A DNA stretch of 63,843 nt, filler included, from Lenisia limosa (GCA_001655205.1; 13 parts of 13 records of this genome joined end to end with filler, not necessarily neighbours in it), one strand, 5' to 3'. Counted from the whole stretch's first letter, positions 34,432-46,128 are shown. Made by a program: numbers and translations. The notes: generated by a model from the letters alone, not told the origin.

Positions 34432-35855
34432 CCTGAAAAAGACAACCAACGCTGTTTGCCCTGCGGAGCTTCTGAAACGACGCTTGTTACTGGAGCAGTT
34501 TCGGCGGCGGAGTGTGTTTGCGAAGAGTGGGGGGGGGTTGTTATGTAGGGCTTCACTTCGGTTCGAGAAAAGACTGAATGTCTCGATAAATCCTCGAAAA
34601 TTATCGATGTTTAACCGGTATTTTTCGAACCGCAGTGAAGCCTTAGTTGTCAAGAGTGGGGGGGGGATTTAGGAAACAAAAAAGCCCACTATCAACTCTG
34701 TTGGCTGACAACACACAAGGGTTGATAACAACAAAACANNNNNNNNNNNNNNNNNNNNNNNNNNNNNNNNNNNNNNNNNNNNNNNNNNNNNATAGTGTGT
34801 GAAAATAGCGTGTATTTGATTAAGACTTCCTTATAAGTCAGTTACATCCGTATTAGGCAACTTGGTCAGGTTTACGAATTTAGGGGCGCGTATCGCGCCT
34901 CAGCAACCGGACTTTGCACGGAGTGTATGGATGGAGGCAACTGCCCCGGTGGCGAACTCTTGAGCAACGGGTGCGTTTCTTTTGTTTTTTTTTTTTCTTC
35001 TTCTTTCTCTCTTTTCTTTCTTTTTTTTTTTCTTTGAATTGTTGAATGAGTTTGTTTCTTCGTTTTCTTTCGACTTGTTTTAAAACTTGCCAGATAAGGA
35101 TGGTTTGACAACTAACCGTGAGCACCCCATTTTCTTCTCCCTTCATGACCCTCTTTTTATCCCCTTTAGCACAGCGGTTGATATCCCTCCGACAAGTATA
35201 CCTGGATACTACAGCTCAACTGAGGATGATGAAGGTGGGAAGGAGGTGGTGGTGGTGATGATGATGATGACGATAAAGTTGGAGGGGGGGGAGTAAAATT
35301 GAACAATTTTTAGAGAGAAAACAACTCTGAAGGTGGGGTGAAGATCACCCTGCTCATACACGCGAGTATATCAAAAGAACGGTCTTGCATTTTCCCCCTA
35401 ACTTCCCCCCAACAGTTTTCATCCAATGTTTGCTTCGCGAAGCTTGTGTTGGGGATTCTGAGTGCGCTTTCGGTTACCAAGGCAACCTGTGCTCGAATTG
35501 TATTGAAGTTGGCGAGACGGTACAGCTTATTTGTAGCAAAAATCATTGGGGAGGCATGAACAACTTACACTGCGTATTTTATCCCCCCCCCCCCAAATTT
35601 TGGGCTTTTTTTTCTGAAATTCCTTTTTCTATATTGATAAAACGTAAACTATAGTAAGTCCTGGCCGATTTGCTCTGAGATTTCCCAAGGAAAATAGGTC
35701 AAGACTTATCCTGGTCACTGACTCATTCACCCCTCCCCTCAGGGATACTTCAAGATCGAAGATCGTTGCTCTGAATGTGGCGATAGCGCCACTTTTATTC
35801 TTCCCTTGGCCTTGGTTCTTGTGGTAGCTTTCCTGACTTTCCTCTTCTTTAACAG
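34432..35855 (+). CDS. Cys-rich (GCC2/GCC3, ephrin-receptor-like repeat) extracellular protein with a transmembrane segment, partial
   Basis: RCLPCGASETTLVTGAVSAAECVCE|...CTECMDGGNCPGG|IPGYYSST|CLLREACVGDSECAFGYQGNLCSNCIE|GYFKIEDRCSECGDSATFILPLALVLVVAFLTFLFFN. Confidence 0.7.
34546..34645. mobile_element. Family A hAT-type MITE
   Basis: TAGGGCTTCACTTCGGTTCGAG...TCGAACCGCAGTGAAGCCTTA; GTTGT appears on both flanks. Confidence 0.88.
34658..34738 (-). repeat. Family B element antisense to host gene, contributing a G-run near the donor
   Basis: Plus strand GGGGGGGGGATTTAGGAAACAAAAAAGCCCACTATCAACTCTGTTGGCTGACAACAC. Confidence 0.75.
35655..35720. mobile_element. Family E Tc1/mariner-type hairpin MITE, left end truncated
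   Basis: AAGTCCTGGCCGATTT...TTCCCAAGGAAAATAGGTCAAGACTTATCCTGGTCACTG. Confidence 0.7.
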
Positions 35856-35872
35856 GTGGGAAGGGGGGTAAC

Positions 35873-35980
35873 TAGGGCTTCACTTCGTTTCGAAAAAAAC
35901 ACTAGATTTCTCGATAAATCCATTAATCCTCGAAAACTATCGATATTTTCCCGGTTTGTTTTCGAGAGTGAAGCGCAGGG
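35873..35980. mobile_element. Family A MITE
   Basis: TAGGGCTTCACTTCGTTTCG...TCGAGAGTGAAGCG. Confidence 0.8.
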
Positions 35981-35984
35981 GATT

Positions 35985-36095
35985 AAGTTGTTAGGCAAAT
36001 GATTGGGTGAATTTATATTTCACTATAATCCAATATCTCTTATAAGCATGATGATATGGACGGCTTCGGCCAGATAAAACCTTATTTTTTTTACT
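35985..36095 (-). repeat. Family D repeat
   Basis: Plus strand GGCAAATGATTGGGTGAAT...ATCCAATATCTCTTATAAGC...GGACGGCTTCGGCCAGATA. Confidence 0.82.
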
Positions 36096-36327
36096 TCCGT
36101 TGCTATATGAAATACTATATCAATGAGAAATAAGCAATAATTGTTTATTAATAATTGACATGGTTGATATTATCTATGGAGTGATGGGATGCGNNNNNNN
36201 NNNNNNNNNNNNNNNNNNNNNNNNNNNNNNNNNNNNNTTAATTAATTAANNNNNNNNNNNNNNNNNNNNNNNNNNNNNNNNNNNNNNNNNNNNAATAAGG
36301 AAACCCGATTCCTATGGCCCGGCTCAC

Positions 36328-38580
36328 GCTACTCGCCATAATTGCAGTAAACACGGATCTGCGGGTGGACGTATTCATGCGTTGCGCTTGCGCCATTTTT
36401 GTCATTTTCTTTTGTTCCAGCTCAGCCAGACCAGAGGGCTTTGGGGCTTCTTTAAGGGAAAATAAAATAATCTGTTATTCTCCGAAACCTTCCTCATTAG
36501 GCAACCCCCTCCAAGCCAACCTTCCTTTTTAGGCAGTTCCTCCGCAGCCTGATTGCCAACCCAGGCGCCTCCTACCACCCACCACCGCCCTTTGGACGAG
36601 GCATCCGTGATTTCGGCCCATGAGGCTCGGAGTAGGCCGTCATCCCAATCTGAGGCTGCGAGGGGTGAGGAAAAAATTATAAAACAAAACAAGGAATTTT
36701 CAAGAAGTGGAGAGGATAACGACTTGTGAGAATATCCACTCCATCCCCCCCNNNNNNNNNNNNNNNNNNNNNNNNNNNNNNNNNNNNNNNNNNNNNNNNN
36801 NNNNNNNNNNNNNNNNNNNNNNNNNNNNNNNNNNNNNNNNNNNNNNNNNNNNNNNNNNNNCATCGGAGTTTCAAGATGCTCTAAATATAGTAAAAGGTGA
36901 TGGGGGAACAGCAAAAACAAAAAATTACTCTGAGAGCAATAAACATGTTCTACTCTTCCTTCCAAAGCACAAGTTAAATATCGAAATATAGACCTACACC
37001 CCCTCCCACGTCTTTTTTTGTTGTTTTTGATATCCTGCACCCCCTCCCACGTCTTTTTTTGTTGTTTTTGATATCCGTGATGAGGTCGATCATAACACGC
37101 ATGCGGCCAGGCATCTTCTTTCCCTAAAAGAAATGTAAATAGCCACACATTCTTTCCTAAAAGGGTAAACACCCACAACTTCTTTCAAGGAAAGAGTAAA
37201 GGTCCCCATCTTCTGGCCCAAAAAGGAAATTAGAAGAAGGAAAGATATTTTTTGAAAGAAAAGACAATAAACAAATAAAAAAGGTGTGCACTGTATTCCA
37301 AAAAGCAGACTTACCATATTTCTCCAATATATCATTTGATGAAACAGATGAAAAATAAAACAAGGTTGTATCTGGCCAAAACCGTCCACACCATCACGCT
37401 TAGAATTGATATTGGACTACAGTATAATCTGAATTCACCCAATCATTTGGTTTACAACTCTGTGCACACAGCTTTTTGCGTGCCCCCCTGGTATATTTAT
37501 CCAATCATGCATAGAGTCAACTTACCGCGTGTTTTCTTGCCGACTGTTGAGAGAGTTCCACAATTTCCTTCAAAACAGCAGGGTCATCTTTTCGCAGTTG
37601 GAATCCGCTAACTGGGGGGGGGGGGGNNNNNNNNNNNNNNNNNNNNNNNNNNNNNNNNNNNNNNNNNNNNNNNNNNNNNNNNNNNNNNNNNNNNNNNNNN
37701 NNNNNNNNNNNNNNNNNNNNNNNNNNNNNNNNNNNNNNNNNNNNNNNNNNNNNNNNNNNNNNNNNNNNNNNNNNNNNNNNNNNNNNNNNNNNNNNNNNNN
37801 NNNNNNNNNNNNNNNNNNNNNNNNNNNNNNNNNNNNNNNNNNNNNNNNNNNNNNNNNNNNNNNNNNNNNNNNNGTTCAGAAGAAGTTTAATGAGGTCAAA
37901 GAGGATCGTGGAGTGGATGAGCTGAAGGGTAATACTTGCATAAAGCCAATAATGATGATGAATAAAGCCAATAATGATGATGAAAAAAGCCAATAATGAT
38001 GATGAAAATAGCCAATAATGATGATGAAAAAAGCCAATAATGATGATGAATAAAGCCAATAATGATGAATAAAGCCAATAATGATGATGAATAAAGCCAA
38101 TAATGATGAAAAAAGCCAATAATAATGAAGAATAGGATGATTCTGCGACAACCCCCCCATACTCCGAAATTGAAGGCATGCGCCATGAGCATGCATAAAT
38201 TGCTGACGGCGACTGGCTTTAGCGGGGACTCAGACACGGAAGCTGCCTAATATGGTAAGTAGGCTTGTGGAACCTGCCAAATATAGTAAGGAGGCTTGCA
38301 CAACATCAATAAGACGTTTATAAGAGATAATGATTGGGGAAATATTAATCCGCCCGGACATTTGCCTGTCAATATTGTGAAAAACTGTCCTTCAGGTTAC
38401 AATACATGCATAACGGGGTGACACCCCATTATATTATTATAATTTTTGCTACCAAGTTATTTCCTCTTAAATTTATAACCTTCTTTCTAATCTTAAAAGT
38501 GGACAAGAAGGCTGTCGAATATCCACCAACCCTGAGACACGGGTCCAACTCGTGGACCACTCGATCAATGAGTCTGCCGG
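36328..38580 (-). CDS. NOM1: Nucleolar MIF4G domain protein (NOM1/Sgd1), internal exons
   Basis: SNLCMLMAHAFNFG|LIHSTILFDLIKLL, GFQLRKDDPAVLKEIV, RMRVMIDLITDIKNNK, LLRASWAEITDASSKGRWWVVGGAW, QRMNTSTRRSVFTAIMASS, all in NOM1 order. Confidence 0.88.
37340..37490 (+). repeat. Family D repeat in a NOM1 intron
   Basis: AAAACAAGGTTGTATCTGGCCAAAACCGTCCACACCATCACGC...TGTGCACACAGCTTTTTGCGTGCCCCCC. Confidence 0.85.
37935..38125 (+). repeat. Intronic minisatellite, AATAATGATGATGAATAAAGCC-like unit of 19-23 bp
   Basis: About eight degenerate tandem units between two NOM1 exons. Confidence 0.9.
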
Positions 38581-39365
38581 CTGGGGGGGAGGGGTAAACG
38601 ACGGAANNNNNNNNNNNNNNNNNNNNNNNNNNNNNNNNNNNNNNNNNNNNTTAATTAATTAANNNNNNNNNNNNNNNNNNNNNNNNNNNNNNNNNNNNNN
38701 NNNNNNTTGCACAGACATGGCAATCATCAGCCACTGCAGCCACAGTCGCCATTAAAGTAGGAGTTCCCCCTGCTTCTTCCCTCCACCCTCCCTCTGCGGA
38801 GAATAAGACGAAATAATTTTTTAAATAAATCAAAATACGCCGCTTTTGAAACAACTATAAATGTATTTATAAAAATAACATTCAGTAAAAAAGAAAAGAT
38901 AAAAGAAAACAAAAAACCAAAGTATACAGAAATACAGAATAGGCTTTTGAGGCGGNNNNNNNNNNNNNNNNNNNNNNNNNNNNNNNNNNNNNNNNNNNNN
39001 NNNNNNNNNNNNNNNNNNNNNNNNNNNNNNNNNNNNNNNNNNNNNNNNNNNNNNNNNNNNNNNNNNNNNNNNNNNNNNNNNGACAATGCTCTTTGTGCCC
39101 AGTTCCATCTCCGCCACAACAGGAATCCCTCCGCCACCTGGTCTCCGTTTGCCAACATCGAACCATGATCAGCTTAAGGCGGGAAATTGGCCCGTCCATA
39201 AAGAACATGGTCGTGGAAGCTCAAGCAACAAGAATAGAGCCATTTCGGCATATAACGATACCACCAGACCCTCGTCGAGGGCTAAAGCCCCCTTTTTCAG
39301 TCACACCGGAGGCCTGGCAGCAGTATATGCCCTTGCCTAAATAGTGACTCAATACAAGCAGAAAA

Positions 39366-40322
39366 TGAATGAATTTCTCGATAAATCATCGATATATATT
39401 GATAGTCAACCGGTCTTTTTCCGACCAGGGTGGAAACCCAAGTAAGTTATGAAAGCTGAACGGAGGGAATAATTGACTCAATACATGCACTGGGTATACG
39501 ATTACTGTATTATCGCTCACATAGAGAAGCCCATCGGCTTCGAAAAGAAGCATGTTCGTTTCACATCCGTCTACATGGGGCGGCTTTGGGAAGGCTGACC
39601 ATGTTCCTGGGAGGGGGGGGGGATCAACTATGTAGCTAAACATTTGTGAAACACACGAGGGTATTAAAACAACAAAACAATTTTCCCGTCAAATTTCAGA
39701 AAAAGTGGGCTTTGTGTAATATCAGTCATTCTTCACACCCCCGATCCCGAAAATGACTGCATTTCTCGATAAATCATCGATATATTTCGATAGTGTACCG
39801 ATCTTTTTAGAGCCCTTTAATAATACCATTTCAACACCTTGATACCCCTCTACACATATCATACACTGACCGCGATAAATCCTCGATAAATCCTCGATAT
39901 TTTACCAGTCTTTTGGAACCGAATGTGAAGCTCTAGCTTTTACAATGAGGTTACACTGACCATTATAAGTATTCACCGATTTTCCTTGGGAAATCATAGC
40001 AAATTGGTCAAGACTGATCCTGGTCACTGTATACCATACAAGCATTGACTGCGATCAGTCCTGATACGAGTATTGCACTATCTTCTTTTTTGGAACCGAA
40101 AGTGAAGCTATGTAGAAGCACTCAGCAAACCGCTGTTGGAGTCCCATCGTTTTCCATCCGCGCGTACTGCTCCCCTAAGAACCGTAAAATCTCTCTCTCA
40201 GTTTATGTAGTTTATTTAAATTTCATTCAGAATATAGATATACACAGTGACCGCGATAAGTCCTGACACGATTGACTGAGGATAAAGCTCCGTAATCGAG
40301 TCAGGACTTATCGCGGTCAGTG
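39366..40322. mobile_element. Dense cluster of family A fragments, family E MITEs and two E/A hybrids
   Basis: A-internal pieces at 39366 and 39752; E-left/A-right hybrids at 39865-39935 and 40043-40110; E copies at 39954-40029 (TA on both sides) and 40243-40322. Confidence 0.75.
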
Positions 40323-40517
40323 TATATCATATCATATGTATACTTGAGCACCACTGCAGTTGAAGCCATTCCCTTTGGGGGGCGGAATGAGTGCCATCTG
40401 CGAACCAGCTGGACTATCCCCTCACTTGTTTCCACTAAAGATGTTCAACGACAGTGGTAATGCCAATGAGGGGCTAAGCAACGCTAGCCAAACTGCAAGC
40501 AATGCGACTGTAATCAT
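39490..40517 (-). CDS. Hypothetical secreted protein, partial
   Basis: Signal-peptide-like MITVALLAVWLALLSPSLALPLSL, then GT/AG-bounded exons (DGTHSAPKGNGFNC; GTWSAFPKPPHVDGCETNMLLFEADGLLYVSDN). Confidence 0.4.
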
Positions 40518-41975
40518 TGTGAGCTTCTTCTACCTCTTCCCCTTCCAAAATCAAGAAAATAAAGAGCTCGCTCTGAAGCATGCAAGGGTTGTCATTTAAT
40601 GTAATAAATGTAACAAATGTAGAGTGCCTTCCTTGTAACTCATTTTGCCATTCCAGATTAGTTATAGTATTAGTTTAATAAATTAATTAAGATATTTAAG
40701 TGATATATTCGAAGTGTATTAGCGCTATATTGGTGGGATGCATAAGTAGCCAAAAAGGATAACGTATTGTCCACACTCATCATCCTCCTTCCACCAAAGG
40801 TAATTAGTGTTTGATGAATTATAGTGTTCGTAAAGGCATACGCTATAGCGTCTTGCCCCTCCTCGGTCTTGCCTGTTGATGAGTTATCCTATGCTATATC
40901 GAATGTTATACATCTTCAGCTGATGTTGAGACAACCTTTTTCGCTTCTCACTTGATTCAGGTTGAAATGCTTTGTGTCATCGCATGAAATGCCAACAACT
41001 CGTAAGCTGGGCTGATATTTTCAGGTGTTTTTGGAGTTGAAGCAAAACAAGGAAATTGGATCTGTAGGATTGCTAAGGCTGTTTTACCAACATAAAAATA
41101 CACATAAACGTACATTGACCCAAAGGTCTGACCCCATGGTCAAACAATTTCTCGGAAAGGTTAAGTCTGTATGGGAAGGATAGTGTATAAATTCCTTTTA
41201 GATAACGAACCCCTGCTTAAATGTGGGGGGATGTTTCAGAGGGTTTCATGACTCACCCCCCAGGTTATTTCCGTTTTTGATCCGCAATGCCCCGTCAAAT
41301 GACAGCACTTGACCATGTGGGCGGATTCTTAATGGGAAATGGTATAACCTCATGTCATGGTAAACGATCGGATAGCACGTTCTAGAATAGGATACCCCCT
41401 CAGTACATCCTCGNNNNNNNNNNNNNNNNNNNNNNNNNNNNNNNNNNNNNNNNNNNNTTAATTAATTAANNNNNNNNNNNNNNNNNNNNNNNNNNNNNNN
41501 NNNNNNNNNNNNNGACATCTGAGAAATACAATGACGATTGGCCAAAGATAAAGCTCAATATCCGTGCAAGGACTTATAGCAGTGTGCTGACAGCACATCC
41601 CCCCGTAGCTTACCGTGAGAAATCCAATTCCACGTAGTAGTAGCCTACATAATGTGATTATATTTTTTCAAATATTTTTAGTAAAGCACCCCCCCCCCAC
41701 GTATTGAGTAGGAACAAAGATAACGGTTCGATCTTTGATCATGGGTATCAGGCAAGACGGCCTTGTTTGGTCCAATTCGGCATGGGGGGTCACTATACCG
41801 TCAAATCTGAGAGCAAGGATATAATTATTATATGTATGATATGATATATGTTTTGATATCGATTTTTATATAACATATCATATAATATGATATAATAGAT
41901 ATAAAATATATGCATTACAATACATATAATACATGTACATTAAGTAAAATCGAAAACATTAAGTATGACAATATA

Positions 41976-42052
41976 CAATGACCGGGATAAGTCCTAACCG
42001 ATTGCTATCTAATTTCCCAAGCAAAATCGTTCAAGACTAATCCCGGTCACTG
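41976..42052. mobile_element. Family E Tc1/mariner-type MITE (77 bp)
   Basis: TA|CAATGACCGGGATAAGTCCTAACCGATT...AATCGTTCAAGACTAATCCCGGTCACTG|TA. Confidence 0.85.
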
Positions 42053-42369
42053 TATATTTGGTATATGATTTGGTCCCATATATAGAAGGTCTTCTATATT
42101 TTGAGAACTTTTAACTGTTTCCATTCAGCATACCCTCCTCCCACTCATACGTTATATGTATGTATATACATATAGCAATGAGAAATAAAAAANNNNNNNN
42201 NNNNNNNNNNNNNNNNNNNNNNNNNNNNNNNNNNNNNNNNNNNNNNNNNNNNNNNNNNNNNNNNNNNNNNNNNNNNNNNNNGCGTGCCTCCCCAGACTAT
42301 ACATAAACACCCCGCCGTAGAATCACCACCCGCCATTATATCTTTATATGGTATATAAGACATAATCCA

Positions 42370-43980
42370 CCCCCACCATTACAGGCAGAATCACTGGAAT
42401 ATGACGTGACGAATATGTCTGAAAGGTCAAAACAGAGTTTTTTTTTATAAATCTTCACAATCATCATCACCACCATAACATCACCACCATAATCATCATC
42501 AACAACAAAGCCAACAACAACAACACCACCACCACCATCATCATCATCATCAAAATAGGATACCACTATAATACCTTGAGTATATCCTACAAAACCTAAC
42601 ATACTATATATGCATATGGCGTTTGCTCTATTGAAATTGTTGGAAAGCACGTGATCATGTTCTTACAAGCTAAGGAGACATCATCACCATCACCACCATC
42701 ATCAACATCATCATCTTTAACTCCACCCACTAGCTGAGTTCTTGAAGCAAACAACATGTACTGTACAGTCGTTGGGAACCAAAACTGCAACCTGAAAAAA
42801 TAAGAAAATAGCCAGCTAGCCACACTCGGTTATCCTGTTTCTCGGATTTTGCACTACCGTCCCCTCACCGAGGCTGTGGTTTCAGCAGGGTTCATGAGAC
42901 CGCCAAGCCTAAAGAGAATGACGAGAAAAAATGGATTTTTTATTTTGCTTTCTTTAATAATAAGTAAACTCACTAGGGCTTCCTTCGGTTCGAAAAAAGA
43001 CTGAATTTCTCGATAAATCCTTGAAAACTTTCGATATTGTACCGGTTTTTTAGAGCCAAAGTGAAGCACTACCCCCATACATTGAGACTAAGTCAAGGTC
43101 TTGTGTACTCGGCGTTTCGTCCTGATGTGTGAAGTGGTTTACTGTATCCTGAAAAAAGCTCATGTCATGTTTTTTTACTCTGCTATGTGAATTGGTTTTT
43201 CATATCTTGAAAAAAGCTCTTTTTTCTGCTTTGAAGGAAAAATCGTATATTGCCCCCTTTATATCATGTAGTAAATCAAAGTTTGTATCTGGCCGAAGCC
43301 GGCCATACAATCACGCTAATAAGAGATATTGAATTATAGTATCAACTCTAACACAGCTTTCTGCGTGCCTCCCCGGCACATTAATTCACTCAATCACTTG
43401 CCTGACAACTCTGCACATAGCTTTCTGCGTGCCTCCCCAGCACATTAATTCATCCAATCACTATTTGTTTCCTTATTTAATTTATATCATAGTAGTATTT
43501 CGATATAGAGATGAGAAGTAAAACAAGGTTGTATATAGCCGAAGCCGTCCACACCACGCTTATAAGAGATAGTATATGATATATACTCTGTAATATTAAT
43601 TCACATGTAATGTAAATGTATATCATATGATATGGTATTCATGCTCTGGAAAAAGGTACGTATAACCTCATGTACCTAATGAAACAGAGAGTCTATATTT
43701 AACTAAGTATGAGATTATGATGCTCAAAGGGTTGTAGATCTAGGGAATATGATGTTCAAAGAACTGTAGAGCTGCAGCCCTTTGATCATCTTAATTCTTA
43801 GCTCAGAGTTTTAAATCATCATAATAGTCTCTAATCCTCAGATCTATCAGATCTACATTCCGATGCTCACAATGGAAAACTCCAGGGAGTTCTGCTCGCG
43901 AAGAAAGTAGTATCCGAATAACATGGTCAGGATGAGGCACAATGCAGCAATCATTACGGCCCATGACGGCTGATACCGCG
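42370..43980 (-). CDS. Hypothetical signal-anchored protein, partial
   Basis: Hydrophobic exon WAVMIAALCLILTMLFGYYFL, then small GT/AG-bounded exons (VAVLVPNDCTVHVVCFKNSA; IFVTSYSSDSACN). Confidence 0.35.
42974..43071. mobile_element. Family A MITE
   Basis: TAGGGCTTCCTTCGGTTCGAAAAAAGAC...GAGCCAAAGTGAAGCACTA. Confidence 0.85.
43280..43572 (+). repeat. Family D repeats with internal tandem duplication of the 3' part
   Basis: TATCTGGCCGAAGCC head, CAGCTTTCTGCGTGCCTCCCC twice, second head near 43530. Confidence 0.8.
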
Positions 43981-46059
43981 TGACCNNNNNNNNNNNNNNN
44001 NNNNNNNNNNNNNNNNNNNNNNNNNNNNNTTAATTAATTAANNNNNNNNNNNNNNNNNNNNNNNNNNNNNNNNNNNNNNNNNNNNTACACTCTAATCTGA
44101 TTGAGACTCTACTGATCTGTGTGCTTTCTTACAAGAGAGCCCTGCATCGGAATACGTGTCCCTTTTTGAGATTTTCCTGTCCCAACTCCTGTAATTGATA
44201 TTCATCTTTTGACTGTTCAGAGATGGTGTAGTAACCATACCGCCCTTGTCTACCCTGACCACAACTGAACTGACAAGGAGACACTGTTTTTCATCTATTA
44301 CACCCTTAGTGAAGCCCTCGGACTTCTGTCAAGATCTCCTTATCCAGCTCCAAAGCAAAAATCCGGACAAAAGCCCCCCAAATAACCCAAATTAATTTCA
44401 GTTTGTCCATGAAGGCGCGTGTTTTTTTGAACATATATTATTAACAATCTTGGGAAACAAATATTTCAACAGGGATACCAGAAAGACAAATTATCATGCT
44501 CCGCACCCACGATCCTTGGCGCCCCCCTCCCCCGAAACACGCAAGATGCTCGGGGACCACCAGTCGTAGCTAAGTGAGTACTGGCTACCCAGTCTCAGTC
44601 TGTAGTACCTCTCTGTGATTTCAGGGAAGGGAGAAGGAAGCATCAGTTGTAATAGGTCTCCAAGGAAATTGAAAATAGTCCCATCCTAAAAAATAACAGA
44701 TGATAGGTTAATATCTTTTACTCTTTGATTGAAATAGATGGTGTATATAACGAAATCTCTGAGCGATATATATATCATATTATAGAGTATAGTATATTTT
44801 ATAGTATATTATGTAGTTGAAACCGCGAACATGATTAAAACCTCGAACAAAAAGGAGGCTTATCTTTCAAATTACGCTCCTTATTTACGCCTCTTTCGCA
44901 TTTTTTGCAAATTATCGCCCGAAACACTCCTTTATATAGGGTTTTATTCATAAGAATGGGCAGGGGTATCAACATACATGCAAAATACCACCTTCATGGT
45001 ACATCAATTTTCCATGCGAAATACATTAAAAACACTGATTATGAGCCTAGAATTGTCCCTGCGATAAAGTGAAGACGTTCTTGCACCATGAGATTTGATT
45101 TTTTTCCACTCTTGAGTAACCTAGAGGCATTTAAGTAGAGAATACAAAACAAATTGGGCAAAAAATGAACGTACATTACCCATAAATGGGCGAAAATATG
45201 ATAGAAGATGTTAATAAATCAAGAGAATTTGACTCTTACCTTTTGTGCCGTTCCAAAACGGTAAATGGGTTATTGACGCAGCATATACTTTAATCAGACG
45301 TCTATTTCGTTCATTGGCTCCATTATAGAGACTGAACAAGGAAAATTCTTGAAAAAACCGTTACAAAAGTTGACTTAAACACCTCAAAACCACTCATTTT
45401 CTCCAAAAATGGACTTCAGATTCGAATTCTCCTTAAAAATCGCGTTTCCATAGTGGGGCACTTTAATAGGCTCAAAATGCTATTATTCTGAAAGAAGGGG
45501 GGTTTCAAAAAATATTTTCGCGAAAAGGAAACTGGGTGACCCCGGCCGGGTTCGATTTTGATCAAAAGATCTTTTTTTTGATATTTATATCTCCTCCTTT
45601 TTTTCTTTTTGCTCAAAATTTCTTTGTTTTGATGTTATTGATAGTCTAGTACTNNNNNNNNNNGTTTTAAATACCAACCTATATATGCCAGGCAACCTGA
45701 ACTCCGTATTCTATTCCAAAACTCCGTATTCTATTTTTTTTCAAAAACTTACCAAAAAATCTCGCTTTTTCTCCATTATTACTCATGAACACTTCATTAG
45801 TATCGTATTTCGGAATGTATAAAAACAGAAAGGTTAAAAAAATTTAGACTCAATTCTAATTATATACTCAAAACAACAACAAAAACACACAAATCTAAGC
45901 AAGTGCGATTTTGGCTTTTTTGTTCTTGAAGTTATCAGCAAGTTTTGCAGCTCCTCCGACACGCAAGCATGTCTCCGTCGTTATGAGTTCCCCTCGGGCA
46001 GTCGACAACTTCAAATTGCGCTTCACTGGAGGCTTGACATCTTCTGGCTGAACAATGAC

Positions 46060-46128
46060 TTGAATAATAAAACAATGTGGTATCTACGAAGCCATCCACA
46101 CCATCACGCTTATATGAGATATTGCCTT
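46060..46128 (+). repeat. Family D fragment
   Basis: GAAGCCATCCACACCATCACGCTTATATGAGATATTG. Confidence 0.7.

Noticed and set aside
34184-34672. 162-aa His/Ser-rich ORF and overlapping antisense ORF
   Set aside because: They are read-throughs of a CAT microsatellite, a real exon in another frame and a MITE.
37517-38237. ORFs with repeating IIIIGF/HHHYWL units
   Set aside because: Produced by an intronic minisatellite and N-gaps inside NOM1.
44555-44590. GTCGTAGCTAAGTG resembling a tRNA 5' end / A box
   Set aside because: No B box or cloverleaf follows.
45547-45560. GGGTTCGATT resembling a tRNA B box
   Set aside because: No upstream A box, acceptor stem or T-stem pairing.
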